Made by a program: the position numbers and the translations under genes | Notes under the pieces: generated by a model | What the model saw: the letters and a program-made list of their open reading frames with translations, nothing else | Database searches by the model: none | What the model was told of the DNA's origin: nothing | Source of the DNA: Azolla caroliniana | Lineage: Eukaryota > Plantae > Polypodiophyta | DNA length: 64,000 nt | Reading direction: 5' to 3' | NCBI GenBank assembly: GCA_043228905.1 | Contig: JBHGNT010000006.1 | Coordinates: 17,484,001 to 17,548,000, forward strand | Shown here: positions 35,601-48,335 of the stretch, in pieces | Position numbering within the stretch: the first letter of the stretch is position 1 | How the letters are laid out: every line of letters starts with the position of its first letter

Positions 35601-36983
35601 TCGATGTCCAACTCGGATTTTTGTCCCTTCGCGAACATTGCGGTGCCGCCGTCAGTGGAGTCGAGGATAAACATCCTCCCATCTCTGCGCCCTTGCGCAA
35701 TCACACGGCCTTCTTCCTCAATGAAGCACCCGAGGTGTGTAAACCAAACCTCCATCCCTTGGTCGACGATCTGTCCGACCAAGACCAAGTTCTTCGTGAT
35801 TGTCGGAACGTGCAACACGTTCATGAGTTTCCCTTTTTGCTCGACATTGCTAAGGGAAACTTCTCCGACATTCGCGATCGGATGTGGAGTGTCGTCTCCA
35901 GTTGTGACTACTCCAGGTTGTATCGGTTTTTCAAGGTACGAGAACCACTCCTTATGGCTCGTCATGTGGTTTGACGCGCCAGAGTCTATGTACCACACCT
36001 CGTCCGATCTCGGGGTGGTCTGTTTCATTGAGTTTGCTTTGTGTCTCGTCACGAAGGTAGACCCTTCTCCAGCTCTCCCGGAGTCTTCGACGTAGTGCGA
36101 TCGTTGCTGATTTCCCTTGTCGGTATGTCCGGAGCCGTTTCCGGAACCGGTTCTCTCCGAATCGGCGTGCTTCTTCCAGCACTCACTTTCCCTGTGGCCT
36201 TTCTTGCCACAGTACTAGAACTCCGCGATGGCCTTCCCTTGCCGGTTCCCATCGCTTCGACTCCCCCTGTTTCCGGAGGGTCCGGAGTTGCTGTCGGCAT
36301 CACTTCGGTGCCTTCTTCCTTGATCTCATCGGCCGCCTCCATTGCGCGGCAACTCGCCTCGTCCTCCACGTCCATGGGGCCTATCTCCCTCCGTGTACAA
36401 CATTCTGTTGTCGGTGTGCGTGCTTGTAGACGCACCCGCGTGGTTCTCCTCTACCAGGGGCATTGACTGTAAGTCGAAAAAGGACAACATACTGTCCCAG
36501 GTACACACAACCGTTTGGAACGCTCCGAACTTCGACGCCAAACCTCCGATACAGATCTGGACCATCTCGCACTCCTCGATGTTCACCTCTATGGAGGCGA
36601 GGGAGTCGCAGATATCCTTGATCTTCGAGGTATAGTTGTAGGTTGGTCAACTCCTGTCGGAGCTGAAGCTTCTTGGCTGTGGTGCTCACGGCGAAAATCT
36701 TCTTCAGATTTTCCCACGCACCCGTCGGCGTCTTTGCATCCCAAACATAGCTCAATAGCTGTTAGCCCACACACGACGCGAAGCAGTATAATACCTTGCT
36801 CGCCGATTGCTCCCACGACGGGAAGTCTCTTTCTGTCGATTCGGATGCCGCGTCATTAGCTCCTTCGACATAACTCCAGTAGCCGTGCCCAAGGAGGTAT
36901 TGGTGCATCTTGTAGGACCAAGACGCGTAGTTGGTTCTGTCGAGCTTCTTTGTTGGAAGCGAGCTTGCCATGCCTTTATCCAT
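32672..36983 (-). pseudogene. A4 gag-pol (gag, PR, INT, RT, RH) with stops and frameshifts
   Basis: ORFs 36762-36983, 35033-36052, 34349-34978, 32828-34318 (HQMDVKN, YVDDL, TEAEY). Confidence 0.92.
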
Positions 36984-37436
36984 CGTTCTTCTTGTTCTTC
37001 TTCGTCAAGTTGTGTCGGCAACAGAGAGGTTCTCAACCCTCGCGCTCTGATACCATGTAAAAAGTAACGTGCGGAAGCAAGTATGAAGACGGAACAGAAG
37101 GAAGAAAACTCAGGTTTAATGGAGAGCTTGAGCTTATGCAGTATACGCGGGAGAGACAGAGAGAGTGGGAGAGAGAACCCAAGAACTATATTCACCACAA
37201 TCTATACATATGTGTGTTCAATGAACACTTTTATACAAGTCCTAGAAGGACTGATAGAAGTACTGACAGTACTTCAATACTCATTAAGAGCTCCTACAGT
37301 AATTCCCAAATATATTCCTCATGGAATATCTTTCCTAATGGCCTGCCGGTTTACGAACCGATCCGGCCCTACCTACGCTCCGGTCTGCGTACCGGTTTAT
37401 GAATTCGGCCTAACCGATCGGTCCCAACTGATCCGG

Positions 37437-40400
37437 CTTGTGGCACAAGCGGATAGGCCACGTCAACTACCAGCGGCTTCAAGATCTGCAATCGAAACAG
37501 GTAGTGTTCGGATTGCCCAAATTTGGTGGCCGAAAGGAACAAATTTGTGAAGCCTGCCAGCTCGGGAAGCAACACCGACTTCCTTTCCCCAATGAGCAAA
37601 ACCGGAGCCAGAATAAGCTCGACCTTATACACTCCGATGTATGGGGGCTGGCACAAAACGTTAGTCTTGGCGGGAGCCGTTATTTCGTCTCCTTCATCGA
37701 CAACCACACGTGGCACACGTGGATCTACCTCATTGAGAGGAAGAGCGAAGTCTTCGACTGTTTCCAGGACCTCAAAGGGTTCGTAGAAACTGAAACGGGA
37801 CGAAAGATCAAGTGCCCGCGGTCGGATGGCGGGAAAGAGTACTTTTCTGGTCAATTCAACGGTTATCTACAACAAATGGGAATTCCGCGCGAATTCAGTT
37901 GTATATACACGCCAGAGCAGAACGGCGTGGCCGAGAGGAAGAATCGGTCAGTTGTGGGAGCAACACGGGCAATGTTGGAGGATAAGAGCTTGCTTAAGTT
38001 CTAATGGGCCGAGGCGGTAAGGATCGCGGTATACATCCAGAACCGGATCGGAGACAAAATGTCGGCGCACGAGCTCTATTTAGGAACGAAGCCGAACTTG
38101 CGACACTTGAGGGTGTTCGGTAGCATGGCGTATGTGCATGTACCGAAGGAGAAAAGGAGGAAGCTGGAAGCAAAGGCCGAGAAATGCATCTTGGTCGGTT
38201 ACTCGGACGAGCAGAAGGGTTATAAGTGTTATAACCCTCGCACCAAACAAGCGCGTGTTAGCCGCGATGTTGTGTTTGACGAGTCCGCGTCCTGGTACCA
38301 GCCCCCGACTCTGAACCCGGACTCCAATCCGAGCTCTGACGATGAGGTCAGCGAGGCCGAGATGCCTCCGGATGAGCCCGAAATAGAGACCTGCGAAGAG
38401 AGTCCGATTTCACTCCATTTCAGTGGACCAATTGGACGACTGAGTCGGTACGACCAGTCCGATGAAGAGCCGGTGAGTAGTGGAAACTCGGCCATGCATT
38501 CCCCGCGCAGGAAGCGGAGGAGACGGCTTACGCACAAAGAGAAAGGGAAGAAGAAGGTGTTGGATTCCGGCATGGATATGAACGAGTCAGACCGACGCGA
38601 GTCTGACTCCGAGGGAACGGGTGACGGGTCTTTAAAAGTGAAGACCGCGTCAACCGAGAAGGCCTCGACATCGGCTAATGTAAAATTACGCGGATCTACC
38701 CGCTAGAAGAATCCTGTTTTGCGGTTTGGATACAACGAGTACATGGCGCATCATTATGCATACATGACCCGTGTAGCGGAAGTGCATGAGCCGGAGAGCT
38801 ACATAGAAGCGGCTAAAGACGCGAATTGGTGTGCCACGATGGAGGAAGAGATGCATGCATTGGTGGAGAACGAGACCTGGGACCTGGTTAACGCACCAAG
38901 AGGGGTAAAACCGATCGGGTGTAGGTGGGTGTACAAGGTCAAGTACAACACCGATGGCTCGGTCAACCGATACAAGGCTCGGCTAGTGGCAAAGGGCTAC
39001 CCGCAGAAACACGGCATCGACTATGATGAGACGTTTGCGCCGTTCGCGAAAATGACGACCGTCCGTGTTTTGCTCGCAGTTGCTGCGATGAAGGGGTGGC
39101 ACTTACATCAGATGGATATAAAGAATGCGTTCCTACAAGGTGACCTTGAGGAACAGGTGTACATGGTACAACCCCCAGGATTTCACTGTGGAACGAACTC
39201 GTCGGTAGTATGCCGACTGAAGAAGTCCCTTTACAGACTGAAGCAAGCCCCACGTGTCCGGAACGTGAAGATCACGCAACAACTGCGTCACGTCAAAATC
39301 AGACTCTTCTCTATTCATCCAGAAAAGTCGACTCGGACCGGTTAGTATTTTACTATATGTTGATGACTTGGTCAGCACCGGCGTCGACCTACGTGAAATC
39401 GACCGTGTGAAGCTCCAGCTTGCGGCATCATTCGACATGAAGGATCTGGGGGACCTTCATTACTTCCTCGGGATCGAAGTGATCCATACCCCCGAAGGCA
39501 TATTGATCAGCCAACGTCACTACGTGCTGAGTATGCTCTTCAAATTCGGGATGGCCGACTATAAGTCAGTCTCGACGCCTCTGGACAGAACCGTCAAGCT
39601 TCGTCCCGATACGGGAACGGTATGCGACCCGACGAGGTTCCGACAAATTGTCGGAAGCCTCATATACTTGACCATCACCCAACCCGACCTCAGTTATCCG
39701 ATCGGTGTGATCAGTCAGTTTATGGCGCGACCTATCGAGGAACACTTTCAGTATGTGCAACACATACTTCGGTATGTCAACGGCACTAAGGACCGGGGAC
39801 TGCTAACTGGGCTGGCAACGCCGCCGATCGTCGATCCACGTCCGGATACGCATTCTCCCTCGGGAGTGCCGCGATTGCGTGGAGTAGTAAGAGGCAGCCG
39901 ACAGTTGCACTGTCGAGCACCGAAGTTGAGTACCGAGGAGCGGCTGTCACGACATGCGAAGCCATATGGTTGAAGCGACTACTTAAGGACCTACAAGAGG
40001 AGGTTTCAGATCTGACGACGATCTACTACGACAACCTCAGCAGCATCCAGCTCGCGAAAAACCCCGTTTTCCATGCACGGACCAAGCACATTGAGGTGCA
40101 CTACCATTTTGTCCGTGAGCGTGTCCTTTCCGGTGAAGTCGAACTTCAGTACGTTTCGACGGATCGGCAGACTGCCGACATCTTTACTAAGCCCCTTGGT
40201 CTGGACAAGTTGCGGCAATTCTCCGGTGCGCTCGGATCGCGTCACCTCGACATGCCAAACTTGAGGGGGAGAACAGTCCCGAACGACCAAGCAAAGCAGC
40301 AGGAAAGGAGCGAAGGCCGCGACACCGAGTAGGTTGACTCGGCTGTTGACTCGGTTGTCGAGTTCGACTTCGGATCGGCTGAAGAAGCCGAGGGCGGACC

Positions 40401-40818
40401 CGCGGAAAACTCCAAAAGGGAACAGAAGGGGAGCAACCGAAGGAGAGAGCCGAAGCCAACCACGCATGGGGAAGATGACGCCACCAAGGGCGAGAAGACC
40501 GAAGACGAGTTGGAGACAGCCAACTCGGATGGGAGCGAAAACCGACCGGAGGTAGCCGAGTCGGTTCAGATGTTTGATTCAGATACGCTGAATCAATCGA
40601 GACCCAAGCGGAAGAAAAGGCAGCAGGAGAAGCGTCAACACTGCAACAACAGAAGAGCTGATAAGGGCCGCATGAGCAGACAAGCCGACCGGAAGGGTTG
40701 AAGCGCGCGGAGTCGAACAGGTCGAGGAGCGCGAGTGAGGCGTGAAGCCAGGAGGAACCGGAGCTGTGAGCCCGAGGATCCCGAAGAGCCTCGAGTGGAG
40801 GTCGAGGGGGAGTGTTGA
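37437..40818 (+). pseudogene. A3 pol (INT, RT, RH, C-terminal extension), disrupted
   Basis: ORFs 37438-38004, 38059-38706, 38719-39345, 39368-39973, 39970-40332. Confidence 0.92.
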
Positions 40819-41218
40819 GAGACAAGCTCAACATCGGCCGGATCGGCTGAAGAAGCGGAGGACCAGATCGGTTGGGACCGATCGGTTAGGCCGAGTGCGT
40901 AAACCGGGAGGCCGTTAGGAAAGATATTCCGTGAGGAATATATTTGGGAGTTAGTGTAGGAACTCTTAAAGAGCATTGAAGTACGGTCAGTACTTCAGTC
41001 AGTCCTTCGAGGACTTGTGTAAAAGTGTTCATGGAACACACATATGTATAGAGTAGTGAATCGAGATACTTTGTTGAATATAGTTCTTGTGTTGTCTCTC
41101 TCACTCTCTCTGTCTCTCCCGTGTATACTGCGTAAGCTCAAGCTCTCCATTAAACCTGAGTTTTCTTCCTTCTGTTCGGTCTTCATACTTGCTTCGGCAC
41201 GTTACTTTTTACAAAAAG

Positions 41219-41988
41219 CATAGTCGTAAAAGGCGTGGGTTAGTCTCATAGGTCACGTGTCCCTATTTGCCTACACTTCCATCTTTCCACACATCCTTAA
41301 CCTTATTTTTCAATCTCTCTTCATATGCTTTACAAAGAGCATTTTGTGATGAGATAGTACGATCTTCAATCACAAAGCATTGCATACTTTTGAGGTATAC
41401 CCAACTATTTTCGAGTATGATCCGCCGTTTTGTATCGTCTACCATTGTGCATACAATAGGACTTTCTCTGGAGCGAGTAACACCATGTTTCCCAACTCAG
41501 TGTGCACCATATACATTCACATCTGACATTCCATAATGCATGTGAAAAAATTCACCAATGGCCTTTCCAAGGGATGCAAGTGTTTCCATACTCTCTTCTT
41601 TAATCCCACGGACGACAATGTTCTTTGATCGTCATTCACGTTCTTTCAATTCTCGGACATCTATGCTTTCTATATTTTTCTTTTGATGCATCACATGCAT
41701 ATTAGATGAGTTTGATACCACATCCCCACCACATACATCGGCCCATGACTTCGTTGTACATACATTTTTCATCTCATTTACATCCCACCTCATGGTGTCC
41801 AATTTTTCTTCTTTTAATGCTTTCTTTAACTCAATCTTGTTAAGGCACTCATTTGTTTCGAAAGAAGCTCTTTTACATTCTTGAATCTCTTCTTCAAGTT
41901 TTGCAACCACTTCCTTAAAAATTTCATGCTCAATGACAATAATTTGGAGCTTCGTATTCTCTTTCATTAACGTCCTTATCTCTTCACC
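41219..41988 (-). pseudogene. LINE ORF1 remnant (coiled coil plus RRM-like C-terminus) and ORF2 start
   Basis: Heptad-rich ORF 41632-41967, RSKNIVVRGIKEE, VIEDRT; contiguous with ORF2 once A3 is removed. Confidence 0.75.
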
Positions 41989-44053
41989 TGTGAGAGAGAT
42001 ACAAAAGGTGTATCAGTTGTAACTGCCTGTTGGCAAAGATATTTAGTAGAAGGTTGTTGCCTCTGTGTCTCCTTTGTATCCTACCTTTCTTCCATAGTGA
42101 TCTAGTTCGGAGTTTGTGGACTCCCGTAATTTTTCCTCTCGAGGTTTTCCACATTAACATACTATGTCGACTTATTCGTGTGTAAGTGTATCAATATTTA
42201 CTTTTTGATTTTGTTTCTTTCATTTTGAGTGTGGAACTCGGTTTTGGCCGAAGGACGATTCCTCACAAACTGGTATCAGAGTGAATTTGTAAACTTCAAA
42301 GAAAATGGAAGACTCATTCGGAGCCATGTTCAAGCTCACCGGCTCCAACTACTCAATTTGGAAGTCAAAGATGAGGGATATGTTGGTGGTTAAAGATCTC
42401 TAGCTACCAGTACATTTGAAGACAAAAGATCAGACAAGATTGATGATGCGACCTGGGAAGTAATGCATATGAAGAAGATGACATATATAAGATTGACATG
42501 AGCCTATAGAATAACTTCAACAAACTGAACAAGGCCGACATCCTTTGGGACAAGATCGACATTATGTTAGAGAACAAAATAACTATGAATGGAGTCTCAG
42601 TATTCCGGAAAATAGTGAGGCTCAGGTATCAAGATGGTGCCAATATGGTAGAGCATACGAATGTTTTCCAGGGGCTAATAAACCAAACTACCTCGCGCGA
42701 AGTACCGCTAGCCAACGAGGTACTGGCATTGTTGCAGCTCGGATCCCCTCTGGATAGTTGGGAGATGTTGGTTGTCACGTTGGGCAACGCCGGACCAGAA
42801 GGGAATAACTTATCCTTGGCAAGAGGGAAATTGAGCTTGCTGAATGAGGAATCTCGTCGAAAGGACCAAGCGTCCAAAACCGACCCGATGGTCTTCGTTA
42901 CCGAAAATGACTCAAATCGGGGAAGAGGCTGGAACAGAAGCTCCTAGAACTGGGAAAAGTCGGAGACGAGGTCGTAGTCAAGGGGGAGGCCCACCTGCTT
43001 CCATTGCGGGAGGTTGGAGCACTTCTAGAAGAATTTCTGACACTTCCGGAAAGTAAAAGGGGGAGCCAATGATTCTGAACGAAAGAAGATTTCGGAAATA
43101 AGAGGAACATCAACAATCACAACAAGTGAAGAGGAACTGCTGCTCATCACCAAGGAGAGTGAGCGACACCTTGTCAACAATGAAATGACGTGGGTGGTCG
43201 ACTCCGGCGCATCGTTTCATCTTACCCCCGAATGGAAATGCTTCTCATCATACAGAGCCAGAGATCACGACCGTGTAAGGATGGGGAATGAGGGATCATG
43301 CCGAATTGTTGACATAGGAGATGTGTGGCTAACAACATCAACCGGGTGTAAGCTGTTGTTGAAAGATGTCTGACATGTTCTGGACGTTCGATTGAACCTT
43401 GTATCAGCTGGTTGACTGGGTGATGAAGGCTACACAGGTAGCATCCAGAATGGCACAATGAAGTTTTTCAGAGGGAGACTGATCATTGCCCATTCCCAGA
43501 AGATCAACACATTGTACCTGATGCATGCCCGGATATGCCGGAAGGAAGTGAATATAGCATCTGACACTGTCCATGAGATTGTTGGGAATCACCTGTTTGA
43601 TTCACCTTCTCCACTCGGCCACAACCGAGTAATCGCGGATCAATGCAGCAGAAAATAGGAAATACAGAGAAAGACGCGATACACAGGGATTAACGTGGAA
43701 AACCCTATACGGGAAAAACCACGGGAGTGCGAGACTCCAAACCAAACTATGCACAGAGAAATATACAATGGCGAGCTGCAAGGCGACGACCTTGAGCTCG
43801 CTGTCCTCGCCACAGGCGGCGGTATTACACAGAGGCGTCGACCTCTTCGTTTCTCTCTCTCTCTCTCTCTCTCTCGGCTGCTCTCACTCTGCTCTCTCTA
43901 CTAGAACATAAAATTAGCAACAACATAAACTATTTGCCCTAAGTCATATTTATACACATATGACTTTCGGGCTATTTACAAATATAGCCTCAAGGGCTCT
44001 TGGCAAACATATTCACAAATATGTCCCCGCATCCGGATCTCTCTCCGGGTACA

Positions 44054-44197
44054 TTCGTCATCCGGCTCCGTGGCCGGGGTCTACATCATCCGGCTCCGTA
44101 ACCGGGTCTTCGTCATCCGGCTCCGTAACCGGGTCTTCGTCATCCGGCTCCGTAACTGGGTACTATTCATCATCCGGTTCCGTAACCGTAACCGGGC
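44054..44197. repeat. 27-bp tandem array in Copia C U3 (second copy at 48841-48984)
   Basis: tcatccggctccgtaaccgggtcttcg, about 5 units. Confidence 0.88.
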
Positions 44198-44261
44198 TTG
44201 CCGTCATTTATCTCCGGGGACATCCCATCCGGAGGGACCGAAATCCCAACAAACTCCCCCT

Positions 44262-47200
44262 TCACTTCGGCATGGGATGTCTCTCCAATCCGATCCTCTT
44301 CCGGCATGCTTCCAGCTTGTCGGGTGTGAGCACCTTGGTCAGCATATCCGACCCGTTCTCGTCCGTGTGGATCTTTGTCAGCACGAACTCCTTGTCTTCT
44401 ATCCTTTCCCGGATCCAGTGATATCTTCGCTGGATGTGCTTCGTCCGGGAGTGATAGGCCGCGTTCTTCGCAAGGTGGATTGCACTTTGACTGTCGCAGT
44501 AGAGTCGGTACTCCTCCTGCCGGATACCAAGCTCTCTAATGAAGTCCTTCATCCATATTATTTCCTTGCCGGCTTCAACAGCCGCCATGTACTCCGCCTC
44601 CGTGGTTGACAGCGCAACCGTCTTCTGCAGCCTCGACTGCCACGAAACGGCTCCCCCTGCATAGGTCATCACATACCCTGATGTGGACCGGCTGGTATCT
44701 GCATCAGCCGACATATCCGAATCGGTGAAGCCGTCGAGTTCGGGCTTACCGGAGCCGAATCGGAGGCATACGTTTGCCGTGCCCTTCAGGTATCGGAGTA
44801 TCCACTTGACCGCGTTCCAATGCTCTTTGCCGGGATTGCTCATGTACCGGCTCACCACTCCGACTGCATATCCGATGTCCGGTCTCGTACACACCATGGC
44901 GTACATCAAGCTCCCGACGGCTGAGGCATACGGCACTTTCATCATATCCTCCTTTTCAGCCTTTGTCTTGGGGCTTTGCTTGCTGGACAGCTTGCAGTTT
45001 GCTGGGAGGGTCGATCCGACCGGTCTTGCCTCCGACATGTTGAACCGGTGAAGCACCTTCGTTACGTACTTCTCCTGTGACAGCCACAACTGCTTCTTCT
45101 TCCGGTCCCGGATGATGTGCATCCCTAATATTTGCCTCGCCTGACCTAGGTCCTTCATTGAGAAGGTTCGGTGAAGAGCCTTCTTCAGCATCCGTATCTT
45201 GACCTGGTCCCGTCCGACGATCAACATGTCGTCCACGTACAGGAGGAGTATTAGAAAGTCTCCTCCTTCGAACTTCTTCACAAACACGCAGTGGTCGGAC
45301 TGCGTTTTGAGGTACCCTTCGTCGGTCATGAAGGAGTCGAACTTCCGGTACCATTGCCGGGGAGCCTGCTTCAGTCCGTAAAGGCTCTTCTTCAACCGGC
45401 ATACCAGGTGCTCCTTCCCTTTCTTCTCGAATCCTTCCGGTTGCTGCATGTATATCTCTTCTTCGAGGTCACCGTGAAGGAATGCCGTCTTCACGTCCAT
45501 CTGTTCTACCTCGAGGTCCATGCTTGCCGCTATGCTCAGCACCGTCCGAATGGAGGTCATCTTCACTACCGGGGCGAATATCTCGTCGAAGTCGACGCCC
45601 TTCTTCTGCTGGAACCCCTTCACCACGATCCTGGCTTTGTATCTCGAGGGGTTTCCGGCATCTCCCGGTTTCAGCTTGAACACCCACTTGTTTCGAAGTG
45701 CCCGCTTTCCTTTCGGCAACTCCACAAGTTCATATGTGTGGTTCTCATGCAGGGAATCCATCTCGTCCTGCATGGCACTCAACCACCTGCGGCTCTTGGT
45801 GTCATGCTTTGCTTCTTCAAAGCTCTCCGGCTCCCCCTCGTCGGTTAGCAGCACGTGCTCTGGTTCCGGAAATCTCCGGGGGGCCCTTCTCTCTCTTAGA
45901 GGATATCTCCGTTCCGGAGCTTCGGTAACCGGTTCTTCCGATTCTTCTTCATCCGAATCCATTTCGGGATCGGGACCGGTTCCGGTATCATTTTCATCTT
46001 CTTCGGCCGGTTCTGTTTCTTCACCGTCTTCGGCCGGATCCTCGAGTGCTAACCGGTCCCTTGCCGGTCGGGACTGCTCCTCGTAGAGTTGATCCTCACC
46101 GGTCGACTTGGAGCTCTTCATCTTCTTCTCCGACTCCCAGTCGGCGAGTGTCTTGTCCTCCATGAAGATGATGTCTCGACTCCTGAATATCTTCTTGTCG
46201 ACCGGGTCCCATACTCGGTAGCCGAACTCATCGTTGCCGTAACCGAGGAATATGCATGGCCGGGTCTTTGGATCTAGCTTTCCTCTCCGGTCCTTTGCCA
46301 CATGCACGTATGCGAGACACCCGAACACCTTCAGATGCCGGTAGGACACTTCCTTACCGGTCCACACTTTCTGCGGCGTGTCTCCGTCCAAAGGTACTGA
46401 GGGTGATCTGTTTATCACGTATGTCGCCGTCGACATTGCCTCAGCCCAAAACCCCTTGGGTAATTTTGCATGCGCCAGCATACTCCGGACCCTCTCCATT
46501 ATGGTCCGGTTCATCCTCTCGGCCAGCCCGTTCAGTTCCGGCGTCTTCGGCACAGTAAACTCAAGCCGGATTCCCTTCGAGCGACAGTACTCCTGGAACT
46601 GCCCCCGGTATTCCCCTCCGTTATCCGCTCGTATCGCTTTCAGCTTCTTGCCGGATTCTCTTTCCACTCTCGCGTGGAGTTCTTTGAAGACGGACAATAC
46701 TTGGTCCTTTGTCTTCAACGGTGCCGTCCACAGCTTCCGGCTGTGGTCATCAATGAATGTCACGAAGTACTGGGCTCCGCCATGTGACTTCGTTTCTACT
46801 TGACACACATCAGTGTGCACCAACTCCAATGGTGCACTACGTCTCGTCGGTGGCCTTGAGTGGAAGGAGGCTCGGTTCTGCTTACCGGCCAGGCAATCGG
46901 TGCACTTCTCCAGATGCACATGCTTCACTGGAATGAGGTTGTCTTCTGCAAGCCTCTTCATCCCCTTCTCACTCATGTGGCACAGTCTCTTGTGCCACAG
47001 CTCACCGGCAGTGTCGGCTGCCACGTTCAACTCTTCCGGACATAACCGGGCATTCATCAGGTACAGTGTGTTGTCTTTCCGGGCCCGAGCCACTATCAGG
47101 CTCCCCTTGCTGAACTTCATTACGCCGTTCCGGATGCTACCTGTGTAGCCTTCATCGTCTAGCCTCCCGGCCGAGATCAGGTTCAATCGAACCTCCGGAA

Positions 47201-48335
47201 CGTGTCGGACATCCTTCAGCAGCATTTTGCATCCGGTCGGGGTTGTCAACCACACGTCTCCGATGCCGGCAATCCGGCACGTACCTTCATTTCCCATCCG
47301 AACACAGCCATGCTCACCGGCTGTGTAGGATGAAAAGTATCTTCTTTCCGGGGTCAGGTGGAACGACGCTCCGGAATCGACCACCCAGGTCATCTCTTCA
47401 CCGGCAAGGTTTAGCTCCCTCTCTTCGGTAATGAGCATTATCTCTTCTTCACTTGCCGCGAGTGCCGTCGTTCCTTTCCGGTCCTGCCCTCGCCGATCCG
47501 GACCTCTCCGGTCCGTGGCTCCCCGGTATGCACCGTTTCTCTCCGGTGACTTCTTCGAATCGGTGTCGTCGGCTCCGTTGTCTTTTCGGTAATGCCGACA
47601 ATTCTTCCGGAAGTGCCCCGGCTTCCCACAGTGGAAGCATGTGGGCCTTCCTCTTGACTGCGACCGGGTCCCCGACTTCTCCCGTCTTTGCGGACTCCGG
47701 TTCCATTGTCTTCCCCGATCCGATTCGGTAAGCAGCGCTTTTGGGTCGGAGGCCGGTTCTTTATCTCTCCGACGCGCTTCTTCGTTCAAAATACTTGTCT
47801 TTACCGTTTGTAGAGACAAGTTATCTTCGGTGCAGGAGGTGCTGAGAGTCACCACCAAGTTCTCCCAACTTTCCGGCAATGTACACATCAAGATGATGGC
47901 TTGCATTGCATCCTCCAACGGGAACTTGATTGCCGCAAGCTGGTTCACGAATCCCATGAACGTGCTTACGTGTTCCACCATGCTCTCGCCGTCCCGGTAC
48001 TTGAGGTTCACTATCTTCCTCATCAGGGAGGTCCGGTTCAACGCATTCTTCCTCTCGTAGAGGCCCGACAGCTTCCGCCACATCTCGTATGCGTTGGTGT
48101 CGTTCGCCACATGTTGTAGAACGCTCACGTCGACGTATTGCCGAATGGTTGCAACGGCTTTCCGGTTCAGAAGCCTCCATTCCGTCTCAAGTACCCCCTT
48201 CGGTATTTCCGACCTGTCAATCGGTTCGTACAGGTCCCGAACAATCAGAAGATCCTCCATCTTGATCTTCCAGTCGGCGTAGTTCTGCGCATTCAGCACC
48301 ATCATCCCCGGCTGCCCGCTGCTGCCGCCTTCCAT
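44262..48335 (-). CDS. Copia (Tnt1/Tork-like) Gag-Pol polyprotein, ~1357 aa from the first ATG after the PBS
   Basis: CFHCGKPGHFRKNC, WVVDSGASFH, WHKRLCH..CTDC, VHTDVC/RADNGGEY/NGLAER, QMDVKTAF, YVDDML, FTDSD/TEAEY/YCDSQSA all intact. Confidence 0.97.
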   Translation of the reverse strand: MEGGSSGQPGMMVLNAQNYADWKIKMEDLLIVRDLYEPIDRSEIPKGVLETEWRLLNRKAVATIRQYVDVSVLQHVANDTNAYEMWRKLSGLYERKNALNRTSLMRKIVNLKYRDGESMVEHVSTFMGFVNQLAAIKFPLEDAMQAIILMCTLPESWENLVVTLSTSCTEDNLSLQTVKTSILNEEARRRDKEPASDPKALLTESDRGRQWNRSPQRREKSGTRSQSRGRPTCFHCGKPGHFRKNCRHYRKDNGADDTDSKKSPERNGAYRGATDRRGPDRRGQDRKGTTALAASEEEIMLITEERELNLAGEEMTWVVDSGASFHLTPERRYFSSYTAGEHGCVRMGNEGTCRIAGIGDVWLTTPTGCKMLLKDVRHVPEVRLNLISAGRLDDEGYTGSIRNGVMKFSKGSLIVARARKDNTLYLMNARLCPEELNVAADTAGELWHKRLCHMSEKGMKRLAEDNLIPVKHVHLEKCTDCLAGKQNRASFHSRPPTRRSAPLELVHTDVCQVETKSHGGAQYFVTFIDDHSRKLWTAPLKTKDQVLSVFKELHARVERESGKKLKAIRADNGGEYRGQFQEYCRSKGIRLEFTVPKTPELNGLAERMNRTIMERVRSMLAHAKLPKGFWAEAMSTATYVINRSPSVPLDGDTPQKVWTGKEVSYRHLKVFGCLAYVHVAKDRRGKLDPKTRPCIFLGYGNDEFGYRVWDPVDKKIFRSRDIIFMEDKTLADWESEKKMKSSKSTGEDQLYEEQSRPARDRLALEDPAEDGEETEPAEEDENDTGTGPDPEMDSDEEESEEPVTEAPERRYPLRERRAPRRFPEPEHVLLTDEGEPESFEEAKHDTKSRRWLSAMQDEMDSLHENHTYELVELPKGKRALRNKWVFKLKPGDAGNPSRYKARIVVKGFQQKKGVDFDEIFAPVVKMTSIRTVLSIAASMDLEVEQMDVKTAFLHGDLEEEIYMQQPEGFEKKGKEHLVCRLKKSLYGLKQAPRQWYRKFDSFMTDEGYLKTQSDHCVFVKKFEGGDFLILLLYVDDMLIVGRDQVKIRMLKKALHRTFSMKDLGQARQILGMHIIRDRKKKQLWLSQEKYVTKVLHRFNMSEARPVGSTLPANCKLSSKQSPKTKAEKEDMMKVPYASAVGSLMYAMVCTRPDIGYAVGVVSRYMSNPGKEHWNAVKWILRYLKGTANVCLRFGSGKPELDGFTDSDMSADADTSRSTSGYVMTYAGGAVSWQSRLQKTVALSTTEAEYMAAVEAGKEIIWMKDFIRELGIRQEEYRLYCDSQSAIHLAKNAAYHSRTKHIQRRYHWIRERIEDKEFVLTKIHTDENGSDMLTKVLTPDKLEACRKRIGLERHPMPK

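Larger units (their letters stand above)
26211..37436 (-). mobile_element. Copia family A element (A4) nested in inverse orientation inside A3; outer end of 5' LTR deleted
   Basis: 3' LTR 26211-26629, PPT 26630-26640, PBS 37044-37055, 5' LTR 37056-~37436; A3 resumes at LWHKRIGH (37437). Confidence 0.93.
24533..41213 (+). mobile_element. Full-length Copia family A element (A3), TSD AAAAG, inserted at the start of the LINE endonuclease
   Basis: 401-bp LTRs 24533-24933 and 40813-41213 (~23 differences); PBS 24934-24945; PPT before 40813; aaaag at 24528-24532 and 41214-41218; removing it restores LINE RLCFWNSNG. Confidence 0.96.

Noticed and set aside
35183-35974. 263-aa plus-strand ORF and the many other ORFs antisense to pol
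   Set aside because: Shadow frames of GC-rich pol with no independent motifs.
26211-37436. Chromosomal inversion within one element
   Set aside because: The segment has its own LTRs, PBS and PPT and duplicates, rather than replaces, A3 domains; it is a nested insertion.
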